From contig CAZBRE010000001.1 in assembly GCA_964494065.1 (NCBI GenBank), positions 14,737 through 78,736 of the forward strand: a stretch of DNA of 64,000 nucleotides, written 5' to 3'. The notes below the pieces were generated by a model. The model was not told the DNA's origin. It did no database searches and saw only the letters and a list, made by a program, of their open reading frames with translations. Shown in pieces: positions 9,020-17,424 of this stretch (within the stretch, counting starts at the first letter, position 1; every line of letters begins with the position of its first letter). This stretch comes from an uncultured Alphaproteobacteria bacterium (lineage in GTDB: Bacteria > Pseudomonadota > Alphaproteobacteria > JAPULJ01). The translations under genes were made by a program, and so were the position numbers.

Positions 9020-10069
9020 GTGGCCGTCGCGCGCGTCGAGCTCGTGCCCGGATACAGCGTGTCGCGGCTGACCAAGGGTAACTGGCAACTCGCCGAACGC
9101 CACGGCCCCAAGGTCGAGCGCGCGGAAGCGGTCGACGCCATGCGCCGCTTCGTCGAAGCCGGGATCACCAACTTCGATTGCGCCGATCACTATGTCGGGG
9201 TCGAGGAGCTGATCGGCGCCTTCCGCACGGCGCATCCGGATCTCGCCCGCCAACTGACCGTCCAGACCAAGCTCGTGCCCGACCGTGACACGTTGCGCGG
9301 CATCACGCGCGCCGATATCGAGCTGATCGTCGACCGGGCGCGCCAGCGGCTCGGCCAGGATACGCTCGACATGGTGCAGTTCCATTGGTGGGACTGGGCG
9401 ATCCCCGGCCACATCGAGAGCCTGCTCTGGCTGCGCGACATGAGCCAAGAGGGCAAGCTCAGGCTGATCGGCGTCACCAATTATGACGTCCCTCACCTCA
9501 AGGAAGCGATCGACGCGGGCGTACCCGTCGTCAGCCATCAGGTGCAATACTCTGTGCTCGACCGCCGGGTCGAGAACGGTATGGCCGCGTTCTGCCGCGA
9601 GCATGGCATTCATTTGCAGTGCTACGGCACAGTGGCCGGTGGCTTCCTCGGCGACGCATGGCTCGACGCACACGCGCCGGAAACGCCGGCCGACCGCTCG
9701 CAGGCCAAGTATCGTCTCATCATCGAGGAATTCGGCGGCTGGGAGCTGTTTCAGGAGCTGCTGGACGTTATCGGCTCCGTCGCGAGGCGGCACGAGGTCA
9801 GCATCACCGCCATCGCCATCCGCTGGATCCTCGACCGGCCGGGCGTCGCAACGGCGATCGTCGGTGCCCGCACGGACCGTCATCTGGCCGACCTTCTTGC
9901 GATCGACGCCATTCGCCTCGACGACGCCGACCGCGCCGCCATCGCGTCCGTCGTCAGCCGCGCCGACGGGCCGTCCGGCGACTGCTACAGCGTGGAGCGC
10001 GTGCCGGACGGGATGCATGGCGCGCTCAACTGGATGAACCAAAATCTCAAGGGGGTCGGCGCTCGCTGA
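9020..10069 (+). CDS. aldo/keto reductase, YdhF-like (paralog 2)
   Basis: 349 aa; VELVPGYSVSRLTKGNWQL...FDCADHYVG; paralogous to 6750..7793 and 10483..11544. Confidence 0.9.
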   Translation: MAVARVELVPGYSVSRLTKGNWQLAERHGPKVERAEAVDAMRRFVEAGITNFDCADHYVGVEELIGAFRTAHPDLARQLTVQTKLVPDRDTLRGITRADIELIVDRARQRLGQDTLDMVQFHWWDWAIPGHIESLLWLRDMSQEGKLRLIGVTNYDVPHLKEAIDAGVPVVSHQVQYSVLDRRVENGMAAFCREHGIHLQCYGTVAGGFLGDAWLDAHAPETPADRSQAKYRLIIEEFGGWELFQELLDVIGSVARRHEVSITAIAIRWILDRPGVATAIVGARTDRHLADLLAIDAIRLDDADRAAIASVVSRADGPSGDCYSVERVPDGMHGALNWMNQNLKGVGAR

Positions 10070-10136
10070 GGGCCGCTGAGGGCCGCTGAGGGTCGTTGAG
10101 GGAGATGAGCGAAGAGAGGGAGATGAGCGAAGACAG
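10061..10136. repeat. compound microsatellite at the reductase-2 / small-protein-2 junction: 4 x 10-mer (GGCCGCTGAG-like) then 2 x 18-mer (GGAGATGAGCGAAGA[G/C]AG)
   Basis: Seen in sequence. The 10-mers begin at the reductase stop codon; the 18-mers encode the duplicated N-terminus (R)EMSEEREMSED of the second small protein. Confidence 0.6.
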
Positions 10137-10467
10137 CTTCAGCCTCTACGATCTCAAGATCGAGGTCATTCACCACGACAAGGCAAAGCCATTCGTGTGC
10201 AAGCACACGCTGGGCGACAGCTTCATGGTCCGCGGCAGCCTGATCGAGATGCCGGCCGGACAGACCTTCGGGCTTTACGCCATGCTCGCGGTGCTTCCCT
10301 TCGTCCCCGCCAAGCAGCGCCCGACGCAAGACACGGACTGGATGGCGAGCGACGCCGTGATCGGCTGCACGGACCCCCATTGCGGCGCCGGGTTTCGTAT
10401 CTCACGCCTGGAGTCCAAGACCTACCCGCGCGCGGAGCACACGGTCGTTCCGCGACCCGGCGATTGA
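10105..10467 (+). CDS. small conserved protein with C...GCTDPHC motif (uncharacterised; copy 2)
   Basis: Paralog of 8665..9015 (FSLYDLKIEVI...GQTFGLYAMLAVLP...AKQRPT..DWMASDA..GCTDPHCGAGFRISRL). The first ATG is at 10105 and an alternative ATG at 10123; the ORF track begins at TTG 10096. Confidence 0.6.
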   Translation: MSEEREMSEDSFSLYDLKIEVIHHDKAKPFVCKHTLGDSFMVRGSLIEMPAGQTFGLYAMLAVLPFVPAKQRPTQDTDWMASDAVIGCTDPHCGAGFRISRLESKTYPRAEHTVVPRPGD

Positions 10468-10482
10468 AGGGAGCAGACGGCT

Positions 10483-11544
10483 GTGAACCCCGTCGAACGG
10501 ATCGAGATCGCGCCCGGCTACTCCATTTCGCGGCTCCTGAAAGGCGGCTGGCACCTGTCGAGCGGGCACTCGACCGACGTCGATCGAAGCCAGGCGATCG
10601 AGGACATGGCCACCTTCGTCGAGGCCGGCATCACGAGCTTCGACTGCGCCGATCACTATCTCGGCGTCGAGCAGCTGATTGGCGACTTCCGCGGCACCCA
10701 TCCCGAGCTCGCCGGCAAGGTGCAGGTCCACACCAAATACGTGCCCGATTTCGAGGCGCTGCCGACGCTCACGCGCGCGGACACGGAGCGTGTGATCGAC
10801 CGGTCGCTGCGCCGTCTCGGCGTCGAGACCCTCGATCTCGTCCAATTCTACTGGTGGGATCTGTCCGTTCCGGGCGCCGTGGACACCGCGTTGGTGCTGG
10901 CCGATCTCGTCCGCGCCGGCAAGATCCGCCATCTCGGCCTGACCAATTTCTCGACCGACCAGATGGCCGACTTCGTCGACGCCGGCGTGCCCGTCCTGGT
11001 CAACCAGCTGCAATACTCGCTGGTCGACAACCGCCCCGAAACGCGGCAGATCGACTACTGCCGCCGGCACGGCATCGCGCTCTTGACCTACGGCCATCTG
11101 CTCGGCGGCTTCATATCGGAGACCTGGCTCGGAGCGGAGGAGCCGCACGAGCCCTACCCCAACCGCTCGCTGCGCAAATACAAGCTCATCATCGACGATT
11201 TCGGCGGCTGGGCGCTGTTCCAGGAGCTGCTGGCCGAGCTGACCCGCATCGGCGACCGCCATGGTGTGGGCCCCGGCGAAGTCGCCTTGCGCTGGACCTT
11301 GGACCGGCCCGGTGTAGCTGGCTGCATCGTCGGGGCGACATCGACGCGGCATCTCGAGCGGAACGTGTCGGTCTTCGACCTGCAGCTCGACGACGACGAC
11401 CGCGCCGCGCTGGCCGCGATCTGCGACCGACGCCGAGGACCGCTGGGGGACTGCTACGAGCTCGAAAGCGACAGCGAAGGTCGCCACGGCCGCATCATGC
11501 GCCGCAACCAGAATAAGCTGGAGGATCGGCCCTGGCCCGGTTGA
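10483..11544 (+). CDS. aldo/keto reductase, YdhF-like (paralog 3)
   Basis: 353 aa; IEIAPGYSISRLLKGGWHL...FDCADHYLG; starts 15 nt after small protein 2. Confidence 0.9.
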   Translation: MNPVERIEIAPGYSISRLLKGGWHLSSGHSTDVDRSQAIEDMATFVEAGITSFDCADHYLGVEQLIGDFRGTHPELAGKVQVHTKYVPDFEALPTLTRADTERVIDRSLRRLGVETLDLVQFYWWDLSVPGAVDTALVLADLVRAGKIRHLGLTNFSTDQMADFVDAGVPVLVNQLQYSLVDNRPETRQIDYCRRHGIALLTYGHLLGGFISETWLGAEEPHEPYPNRSLRKYKLIIDDFGGWALFQELLAELTRIGDRHGVGPGEVALRWTLDRPGVAGCIVGATSTRHLERNVSVFDLQLDDDDRAALAAICDRRRGPLGDCYELESDSEGRHGRIMRRNQNKLEDRPWPG

Positions 11545-11678
11545 GCCAGACGCGTTGACCAGGACCCGGGTCCTGCTGCCGAAGGAGCAAGGAAAAAGCC
11601 GTGAGCACAAGTCTGATGAGAGCCGGACGACCCGCGCGCGCCGAAGCCCCGGCCCGGCCCTCGGGCGCGGCCAGTGCC

Positions 11679-11738
11679 GCGACTTGGGCCGCGACTTGGG
11701 CGGCGACTTGGGCGGCGACTTGGGCCGCGGCTTGGGCC
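11679..11738. repeat. 5 x 12-nt tandem repeat GCGACTTGGGC(C/G)
   Basis: Seen in sequence between the reductase-3 stop and the livG-like start. It keeps frame in all reading frames (GRDLG / ATWA / AAQV repeats). Confidence 0.7.
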
Positions 11739-11785
11739 ACGACCGGTCGCTATGGGAATGCGCGTATCGACGACCGAGGCCGTCC

Positions 11786-12583
11786 TTGACTGACGGAAAC
11801 GGACATCGCGACGAGGCGAACGAAATCCTCGCGACACGAGCGCTGACGCGGGATTTCGGCACGTTCCGCGCGGTCAACGAGGTGTCGCTGTCCATTCGGC
11901 GCGGGTCGATCAGCGGACTGATCGGCCCGAACGGCGCCGGCAAATCGACGTATTTCAATACTCTGACCGGCTCGTTGAAGCCGACCAACGGAGCGGTCTT
12001 CCTCGACGGGCGCGATGTGACCGGGCATTCGCCCGACAGCCTCTACCGGCAGGGTCTCGCGCGCACCTTCCAGATCCCGCGGCCGTTCGCCCGTATGAGC
12101 GTGCTCGAAAACGTCATGGTCGCGCCGACCGAGCAAGTCGGCGAATCGATCTTCGGCGCGCTCCTGCGGCGCCGGCAGTTCACGCGTCAGGAAGCCGAGC
12201 TTCGCGACAAGGCGATGGCGATACTGGACTTCATGACCTTGTCCGACCTGGCCGACAATCCGGCCGGAAAAATCTCCGGCGGCCAGACAAAGCTGCTGGA
12301 GCTGGCGCGCGTCCTGATGGGAGATCCCTCCATCATCCTGCTCGACGAGCCGGCGGCCGGGGTCAATCCTGCGCTGACCGAGATCCTCATCGAGCGCATC
12401 GAGGCGCTCAACCGCCAGGGCAAGACGTTCTTCATCATCGAGCACGACATGGATTTCGTCATGCGCCACTGCGATCCGGTAATCGCCCTGGCGGAAGGCC
12501 GCGTGGTGTTCGAGGGAACGGCGGAGGCGGCGCGAAACGATCCCGTGCTGCTCGACGCCTATCTGGGGGCGCAGATCGTATGA
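11786..12583 (+). CDS. ABC transporter ATP-binding protein (LivG-like; branched-chain amino acid/amide type)
   Basis: Walker [10 protein letters not shown], LivG-like N-terminus ILATRALTRDFGTFRAVNEVS. The start is uncertain: I place it at TTG 11786 (in frame); the ORF track extends to ATG 11555 through the repeat. Confidence 0.75.
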   Translation: MTDGNGHRDEANEILATRALTRDFGTFRAVNEVSLSIRRGSISGLIGPNGAGKSTYFNTLTGSLKPTNGAVFLDGRDVTGHSPDSLYRQGLARTFQIPRPFARMSVLENVMVAPTEQVGESIFGALLRRRQFTRQEAELRDKAMAILDFMTLSDLADNPAGKISGGQTKLLELARVLMGDPSIILLDEPAAGVNPALTEILIERIEALNRQGKTFFIIEHDMDFVMRHCDPVIALAEGRVVFEGTAEAARNDPVLLDAYLGAQIV

Positions 12584-13314
12584 GCGCGCCCGACATCGTC
12601 CTCAGCATCGACCACCTGGTCGCGGGCTACGTTCGGGATCTGCCGATCCTGCGCAATGTAAGCCTGCGTTTGAGCGAGGCCAGCGTCGTCGTCATCATCG
12701 GGCCCAACGGCGCCGGCAAGTCGACGCTCATCAAGGCGGTCGCCGGCCTGGTGCCCGTCTCGGACGGCGCGATCAGCCTGCGCGGGCGCGATATCGGCGG
12801 CATCCGTCCCGACCAGCTGGCGCGGCTCGGCATCTCCTACGTGCCGCAGACCGACAACATCTTCCGCACGCTCACGGTTCGGCAGAACCTTCTCCTCGTC
12901 CTGCGCCGATCGGCCTCCGGTGACAAGCGTTTGCATGAGCTCTACACGATGTTCCCGCCCCTCGCCGAGAAGCAGCGCGACAGCGCCGGATCGCTGTCCG
13001 GCGGCCAGCGTCAGATGCTGGCGATCGCGATGGCGCTGGCGACCGAGCCGTCGGTCATCCTGATGGACGAGCCGTCGGCGGGGCTCTCGCCCAAGGCGGC
13101 GAGCGAGGTGCTGACGCTGGCGCGCGGCCTGACCGAGCGGGGCGTCTCGATCCTGCTCGTCGAGCAGAACGTCAAGCAGGCGCTCGCCATCGCCGACCAT
13201 TGCTACATCCTGGCGGAAGGCAGGAACCAGCTGGACGGGCCCTCCGAACAGCTTCTGTCCGATCCGGTAGTCGGGGAGATCTACCTTGGCGGCAAGCGCA
13301 TGGACCCGACATGA
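12580..13314 (+). CDS. ABC transporter ATP-binding protein (LivF-like)
   Basis: 244 aa; Walker [10 protein letters not shown], signature LSGGQRQ; 4-nt overlap with the upstream ATPase gene. Confidence 0.85.
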   Translation: MSAPDIVLSIDHLVAGYVRDLPILRNVSLRLSEASVVVIIGPNGAGKSTLIKAVAGLVPVSDGAISLRGRDIGGIRPDQLARLGISYVPQTDNIFRTLTVRQNLLLVLRRSASGDKRLHELYTMFPPLAEKQRDSAGSLSGGQRQMLAIAMALATEPSVILMDEPSAGLSPKAASEVLTLARGLTERGVSILLVEQNVKQALAIADHCYILAEGRNQLDGPSEQLLSDPVVGEIYLGGKRMDPT

Positions 13315-14222
13315 TCCAGGGGCTGCTCGACGGGCTCCTCGTAGGCTCGATCGTGTCGTTGGGCGCGATCGGCCTCACGATGGTGATGCACATGCTGCGC
13401 TTCGCCAACTTCTCCCATTCCGAGCTGCTATCGATCGGCGCCTATGGCGCGCTGGTCTTCGACCGGATCTTCGCCGCCTTGGTGCCGGTGGCGGCCTCGA
13501 GCGTCGGACCGCTCAGCCTGACCTGGGCGCTGTTCCTTGCAATGATCGTGGCGATGGCACTGACCGGGCTGTCTGCCATCGTCATCGACAAGCTGGTGTT
13601 CAAGCGCATTCGCGAAACGGCGGGGCCTTTGTCGATGGTGTTCGCCTCGTTCGGCGTCGCGCTCATCATCCGCAACGTGCTGGCGCTGATCTTCGGCCTG
13701 AAGCCTCAGCTCTACAGCGGCGACATCGCCTTCGCCGTTACGATCAGCACCGATCCGTCCCTCCTCGTCAAGCCCGATCAGGTGTTCGTGTTTTGCGCGG
13801 CGGTGATCATCATGCTGGCTCTGCACTTCGTGCTTTCGCGCACCACGTTCGGATATGCGTTGCGCGCGGTGGCCGAGAACCCTGCCCTCGCCCAGGTCGC
13901 CGGCGTGCGGCTTTCGACCGTCATCGCCATGACCTGGATCATCGGCGGCGCGCTCGCCGGGGCGGCAGGCGTGTTTCAGGCGCTCGACAACCAGGTTTCG
14001 CCGATGATCGGCAGCGACTTCGTGCTCGCCCTGTTTGCCGCGGCGATCGTCGGCGGCATCGGCAGCGTTTACGGTGCGGTGCTGGGCGGCTTCGTCGTCG
14101 GCATTGCGTCCAGCCTGGCGCTGGTGGTCCTGCCGCCGGGCTACAGCCCGGCCATGCCGTTCCTGATCATCCTCGCCATCCTCTTCATCCGGCCGAACGG
14201 CATTTTCGGGGTGGAGCGATGA
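13311..14222 (+). CDS. branched-chain amino acid ABC transporter permease (LivH-like)
   Basis: ATG at 13311 overlaps the upstream TGA (ATGA); polytopic membrane protein. The longer track ORF from 13200 is an N-terminal over-extension. Confidence 0.8.
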   Translation: MIQGLLDGLLVGSIVSLGAIGLTMVMHMLRFANFSHSELLSIGAYGALVFDRIFAALVPVAASSVGPLSLTWALFLAMIVAMALTGLSAIVIDKLVFKRIRETAGPLSMVFASFGVALIIRNVLALIFGLKPQLYSGDIAFAVTISTDPSLLVKPDQVFVFCAAVIIMLALHFVLSRTTFGYALRAVAENPALAQVAGVRLSTVIAMTWIIGGALAGAAGVFQALDNQVSPMIGSDFVLALFAAAIVGGIGSVYGAVLGGFVVGIASSLALVVLPPGYSPAMPFLIILAILFIRPNGIFGVER

Positions 14223-15187
14223 TCGGCGTTCTGTCCTATCTCGTGTTCTTTCTGTCGGTCGCCGCCATCCTGGCCGTCGCGGTGCTTGGCCTCGATCTGC
14301 ACTGGGGCAATACCGGTCTGTTCAACGGCGGCGTCGCCGCGTTCTTCGGGATGGGCGCCTATGTGACGATCCTGCTCGGCGGATCGCCGCAGCCGGGCCA
14401 GTTCGGCGGCTTCGGCCTCATCTATCCGACGGCGCTGCTCGGCGGCATTCTGGCCTCCGGCGTGCTTGCCTGGATCGTCGGGGTGGCAACGCTGAGGCTG
14501 CGGCACGACTATCTCGCGATCGCGACGTTCGGCGTTGCGGTCGCCTTCGAGACGTTGGCGCGCAACGCCGAATGGCTCACCGGCGGCGCCAAGGGCCTGC
14601 GCGGCTTTGAGCGGCCGCTCGAAGCGACGATCGGCAATCCCTTCCTGTTCAACGTCTGCTTTCTCGTGTTCGTCGTTGCCGTGCTGGCGATCGTCTATGT
14701 GGGACTTAGACGCCTCATCCGCTCGCCCTACGGCAGGCTGCTGCGCGCCATCCGCGAGGATGAGACCGCGGCCCAGGCGCTGGGAAAGAGCCCAGCCAGA
14801 ATCCGCTTGGCCAGCTTCATCACCGGGGCGATGATCATCGGAACATCGGGTGGGCTCTACGTCACCTTCTACGCCTATGTGAGCCCGCAGGACGTTTCGC
14901 CCATCCTGACGTTCCAGATCTGGGCGATGCTCATCGTCGGCGGCGCCGGCAACAACAAGGGCGCGGTGCTTGGGGCCTTCGTCGTATGGGCCGCATGGAC
15001 GGCGAGCGGCTGGGCGTTGGCGCGGTTCGCGCCGGTCGAGATGCAGCTCTACACGGGCACCATTCAGTACATCCTGATTGGGCTCGTCATCGTCGCCATG
15101 CTGCTGCTGCGGCCGCAGGGGCTGCTGCCGGAGAAATTGCTGATTTCGCAGACGGGAAGCGGGGGAACCCGCCAACCTGCATCTTGA
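14219..15187 (+). CDS. branched-chain amino acid ABC transporter permease (LivM-like)
   Basis: ATG at 14219 overlaps the upstream stop; MIGVLSYLVFFLSVAAILAV... The 633 aa track ORF (13286..15187) is an alternate-frame artefact upstream of this start. Confidence 0.8.
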   Translation: MIGVLSYLVFFLSVAAILAVAVLGLDLHWGNTGLFNGGVAAFFGMGAYVTILLGGSPQPGQFGGFGLIYPTALLGGILASGVLAWIVGVATLRLRHDYLAIATFGVAVAFETLARNAEWLTGGAKGLRGFERPLEATIGNPFLFNVCFLVFVVAVLAIVYVGLRRLIRSPYGRLLRAIREDETAAQALGKSPARIRLASFITGAMIIGTSGGLYVTFYAYVSPQDVSPILTFQIWAMLIVGGAGNNKGAVLGAFVVWAAWTASGWALARFAPVEMQLYTGTIQYILIGLVIVAMLLLRPQGLLPEKLLISQTGSGGTRQPAS

Positions 15188-15223
15188 ACTTGAACTGCAC
15201 TACCAAGGAGGAGGCACGAAGAG

Positions 15224-16495
15224 ATGTCAAAATACGCACTACGGACCGCAGCCATATTGGCGGCGGGCGCACTTCTGGGAATGGCGGCCACACCGGCAAC
15301 CGTTCATGCCGCAGACTGCACAGTAAAGATCGGCGCGGTTCTACCGACTTCGGTGGACTGGGGCCGTCCGATCGCCAGGACCGCGCAGTTCGCGACCGAG
15401 ATTGCGAACAAGGCCGGCGGCGTCAATGGCTGCACGGTGAAGATGGTCCTTCGCGACACGCAGACCGACGCGAAGGTCGGCGTCGATGCCGCCAAGGCGA
15501 TGGTCGACCTCGACAAGGTGCCGGTCCTGCTCGGGGCAGTTTCGAGCGGCGTCTCGATGCCGATCCTGACCTCGGTGGCCGTACCGGCGAACGTCATGCA
15601 GATGTCGTGCTGCTCATCGTCGACGAGCTTCTCGCGGCTGGCGGCGTCGGGCAAGACCAAGGGCCTGTGGTTCCGCACCTTCGCCACGACCCGGATCCAG
15701 ACCTCGATGGCGGCCCTGATGGCCAAGGAGAAGGGCTACAAGAAGATCGCCATCTTCTACAAGAATGACGACTGGGGTCAGGATGTGGTCAAGCTCGTCG
15801 AGGCCGATTTCAAGTCCGTCGGCGTGACGATCACCTCCAAGGTCGCGATCACCAACGGCCAGCCGTCCTATCGGGCCGAAGTGACCTCGGCGCTCAAGGG
15901 CAAGCCCGATGCGGTCTATCTGGCGCTCTATCCAAAAGAGGGTATCGCGGTCGTGCGTGAGTGGATCTCGCTCGGCGGCACGCGGAAGATGATCGTCGCC
16001 AACTCGCTGAAGTCGAACGACTTCCGCGACAGCGTCGGGCTCAAATATCTCGGCCAGCTGATCGGCACCGATACGTCGGCGCCGCGCACGAAGTCGGCCG
16101 GCGATTTCGTCAAGCTCTACAAGGCGCGTTTCAACGCCGAGCCGAACGGCCCCGGTATCGCCAACAGCTTCGATGCCGCCATGGTCTCGCTGCTCGCCAT
16201 GCAGGCGGCCGGCAAGGGTGCCAACGGTACGGCCATTGCGGCGAAGGTGCCGATGGTCACCGACCCGAACGGCACGCCGATCGAAGGCAGCGTCGCGGGC
16301 TTCAAGAAGGCGATCGCCCTGCTGAAGGCGGGCAAGCCGGTGAGCTATCAGGGCGCGACCGGTGCGGTGAAGTTCGACCGCAACGGCGACGTCTCGGCCC
16401 CGGCGTTGATCTGGACGTTCACGAAGACGGGCATCAAGGAGCTCCGCTACATCTCGCTCAAGGAGGTCGACGCGTTCGTCGCGACGCTCAAGTAG
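15224..16495 (+). CDS. ABC transporter substrate-binding protein (LivK/Peripla_BP_6 family)
   Basis: 423 aa with signal peptide (AAILAAGALLGMAATPATVHA); type I periplasmic binding fold. Confidence 0.85.
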   Translation: MSKYALRTAAILAAGALLGMAATPATVHAADCTVKIGAVLPTSVDWGRPIARTAQFATEIANKAGGVNGCTVKMVLRDTQTDAKVGVDAAKAMVDLDKVPVLLGAVSSGVSMPILTSVAVPANVMQMSCCSSSTSFSRLAASGKTKGLWFRTFATTRIQTSMAALMAKEKGYKKIAIFYKNDDWGQDVVKLVEADFKSVGVTITSKVAITNGQPSYRAEVTSALKGKPDAVYLALYPKEGIAVVREWISLGGTRKMIVANSLKSNDFRDSVGLKYLGQLIGTDTSAPRTKSAGDFVKLYKARFNAEPNGPGIANSFDAAMVSLLAMQAAGKGANGTAIAAKVPMVTDPNGTPIEGSVAGFKKAIALLKAGKPVSYQGATGAVKFDRNGDVSAPALIWTFTKTGIKELRYISLKEVDAFVATLK

Positions 16496-16521
16496 CGATC
16501 AACCACGCAGTGCATTTCGGT

Positions 16522-16560
16522 CCCGGGCCTCGGCAAGAGGCTCGGGACTTGTCTTTCGTC
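16522..16560 (+). terminator. candidate rho-independent terminator after the binding-protein gene (10-bp GC stem with one G-U, loop GGCAA, T-rich tail)
   Basis: CCCGGGCCTC-GGCAA-GAGGCTCGGG followed by ACTTGTCTTTCGTC; seen in sequence. Confidence 0.45.
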
Positions 16561-16640
16561 GTACGCAGGCAACGGCTGATACTTGAAACGAGGCTGCCGG
16601 CGTTTCGGCGTCGGTCGTTGCAAAGGAGCAGGGTTCCGCG

Positions 16641-17393
16641 ATGCCCACGGTGGTGAGTGTGATCGGCGCGGGCCGGATCGCCGCGCCGGTGATCGCGCAT
16701 ATCCGCGAGGCCGGCGATTTCCATCTCGGCGCCGTGCTGACCCGCGGCGCCCGAACTGGCGCCCTGGCTGACATCCGTGGACCGGGCGTTTCCGATATCG
16801 ACGCGTTTCTCGCCTCCCCGGCGGATATCGTCATCGACGCGGCCGGTCCCGGCGCGCTGCGTCAGTACGGCCCGCTGATCCTGGAGCGCGCCGAGCTGTG
16901 GACGGTCGGTGCGAGCGCTCTGGCCGACGACGGTTTCCGCGAACGCATGCGCGACGTGGCTCTGCGTCATGGCCACACGCTGCACCTCTTCTCCGACTGG
17001 ATTGCGGCAGCGGATCAATGCATTCCGGGCGTTCCGGGCCTTCCGGGCGTTCCGGCGCGCTTGCGGATCCGCGCGGCGCGGCCCGGGATCGCTGAGCACC
17101 CAGGCACGGCGTTTGACGGCCCACTGCGCGAGGCCGCCCGCCTCTATCCCAACGAGGTCAACTCCGCCGTTGCCGCCGCGCTGTGCGGACCCGGTCTCGA
17201 CAACACGGTCATCGAGCTGATCGACTCCGGGCCGGACGGCGAGCACACCATCCGCGGCGAGATCGAGATCGGCGCCCTGCGCCTCACGACGCAGGTCGAT
17301 CTGGGAGGGGCCGGGCCCGAGGCGTTGCACCCGGTCGCAGGCGCCCTGATCGCGGCGCTCGAACGACGATCCCAACCGTTCCGCTACGGTTAG
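16641..17393 (+). CDS. aspartate dehydrogenase-like NAD(P)-binding protein (DUF108 family)
   Basis: 250 aa; N-terminal Rossmann motif VSVIGAGRIAAPV and a C-terminal aspartate-dehydrogenase-like region. Contains the in-frame 9-nt repeat encoding PGVPGLPGVPA. Confidence 0.55.
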   Translation: MPTVVSVIGAGRIAAPVIAHIREAGDFHLGAVLTRGARTGALADIRGPGVSDIDAFLASPADIVIDAAGPGALRQYGPLILERAELWTVGASALADDGFRERMRDVALRHGHTLHLFSDWIAAADQCIPGVPGLPGVPARLRIRAARPGIAEHPGTAFDGPLREAARLYPNEVNSAVAAALCGPGLDNTVIELIDSGPDGEHTIRGEIEIGALRLTTQVDLGGAGPEALHPVAGALIAALERRSQPFRYG

Positions 17394-17424
17394 GCGGCGG
17401 CGCGGCAGCACGCTTGTTCCAACG

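Noticed and set aside
8948-10042. 364-aa minus-strand ORF
   Set aside because: Antisense to reductase paralog 2.
10402-11988. 528-aa minus-strand ORF
   Set aside because: Antisense to reductase paralog 3 and the 12-nt repeat (PSRRPSRG repeats are the repeat read in another frame).
13286-15187. 633-aa plus-strand ORF spanning two permease genes
   Set aside because: Its first 311 codons are the +2 frame of the LivH-like gene. The real LivM-like gene starts at ATG 14219, overlapping the LivH stop.
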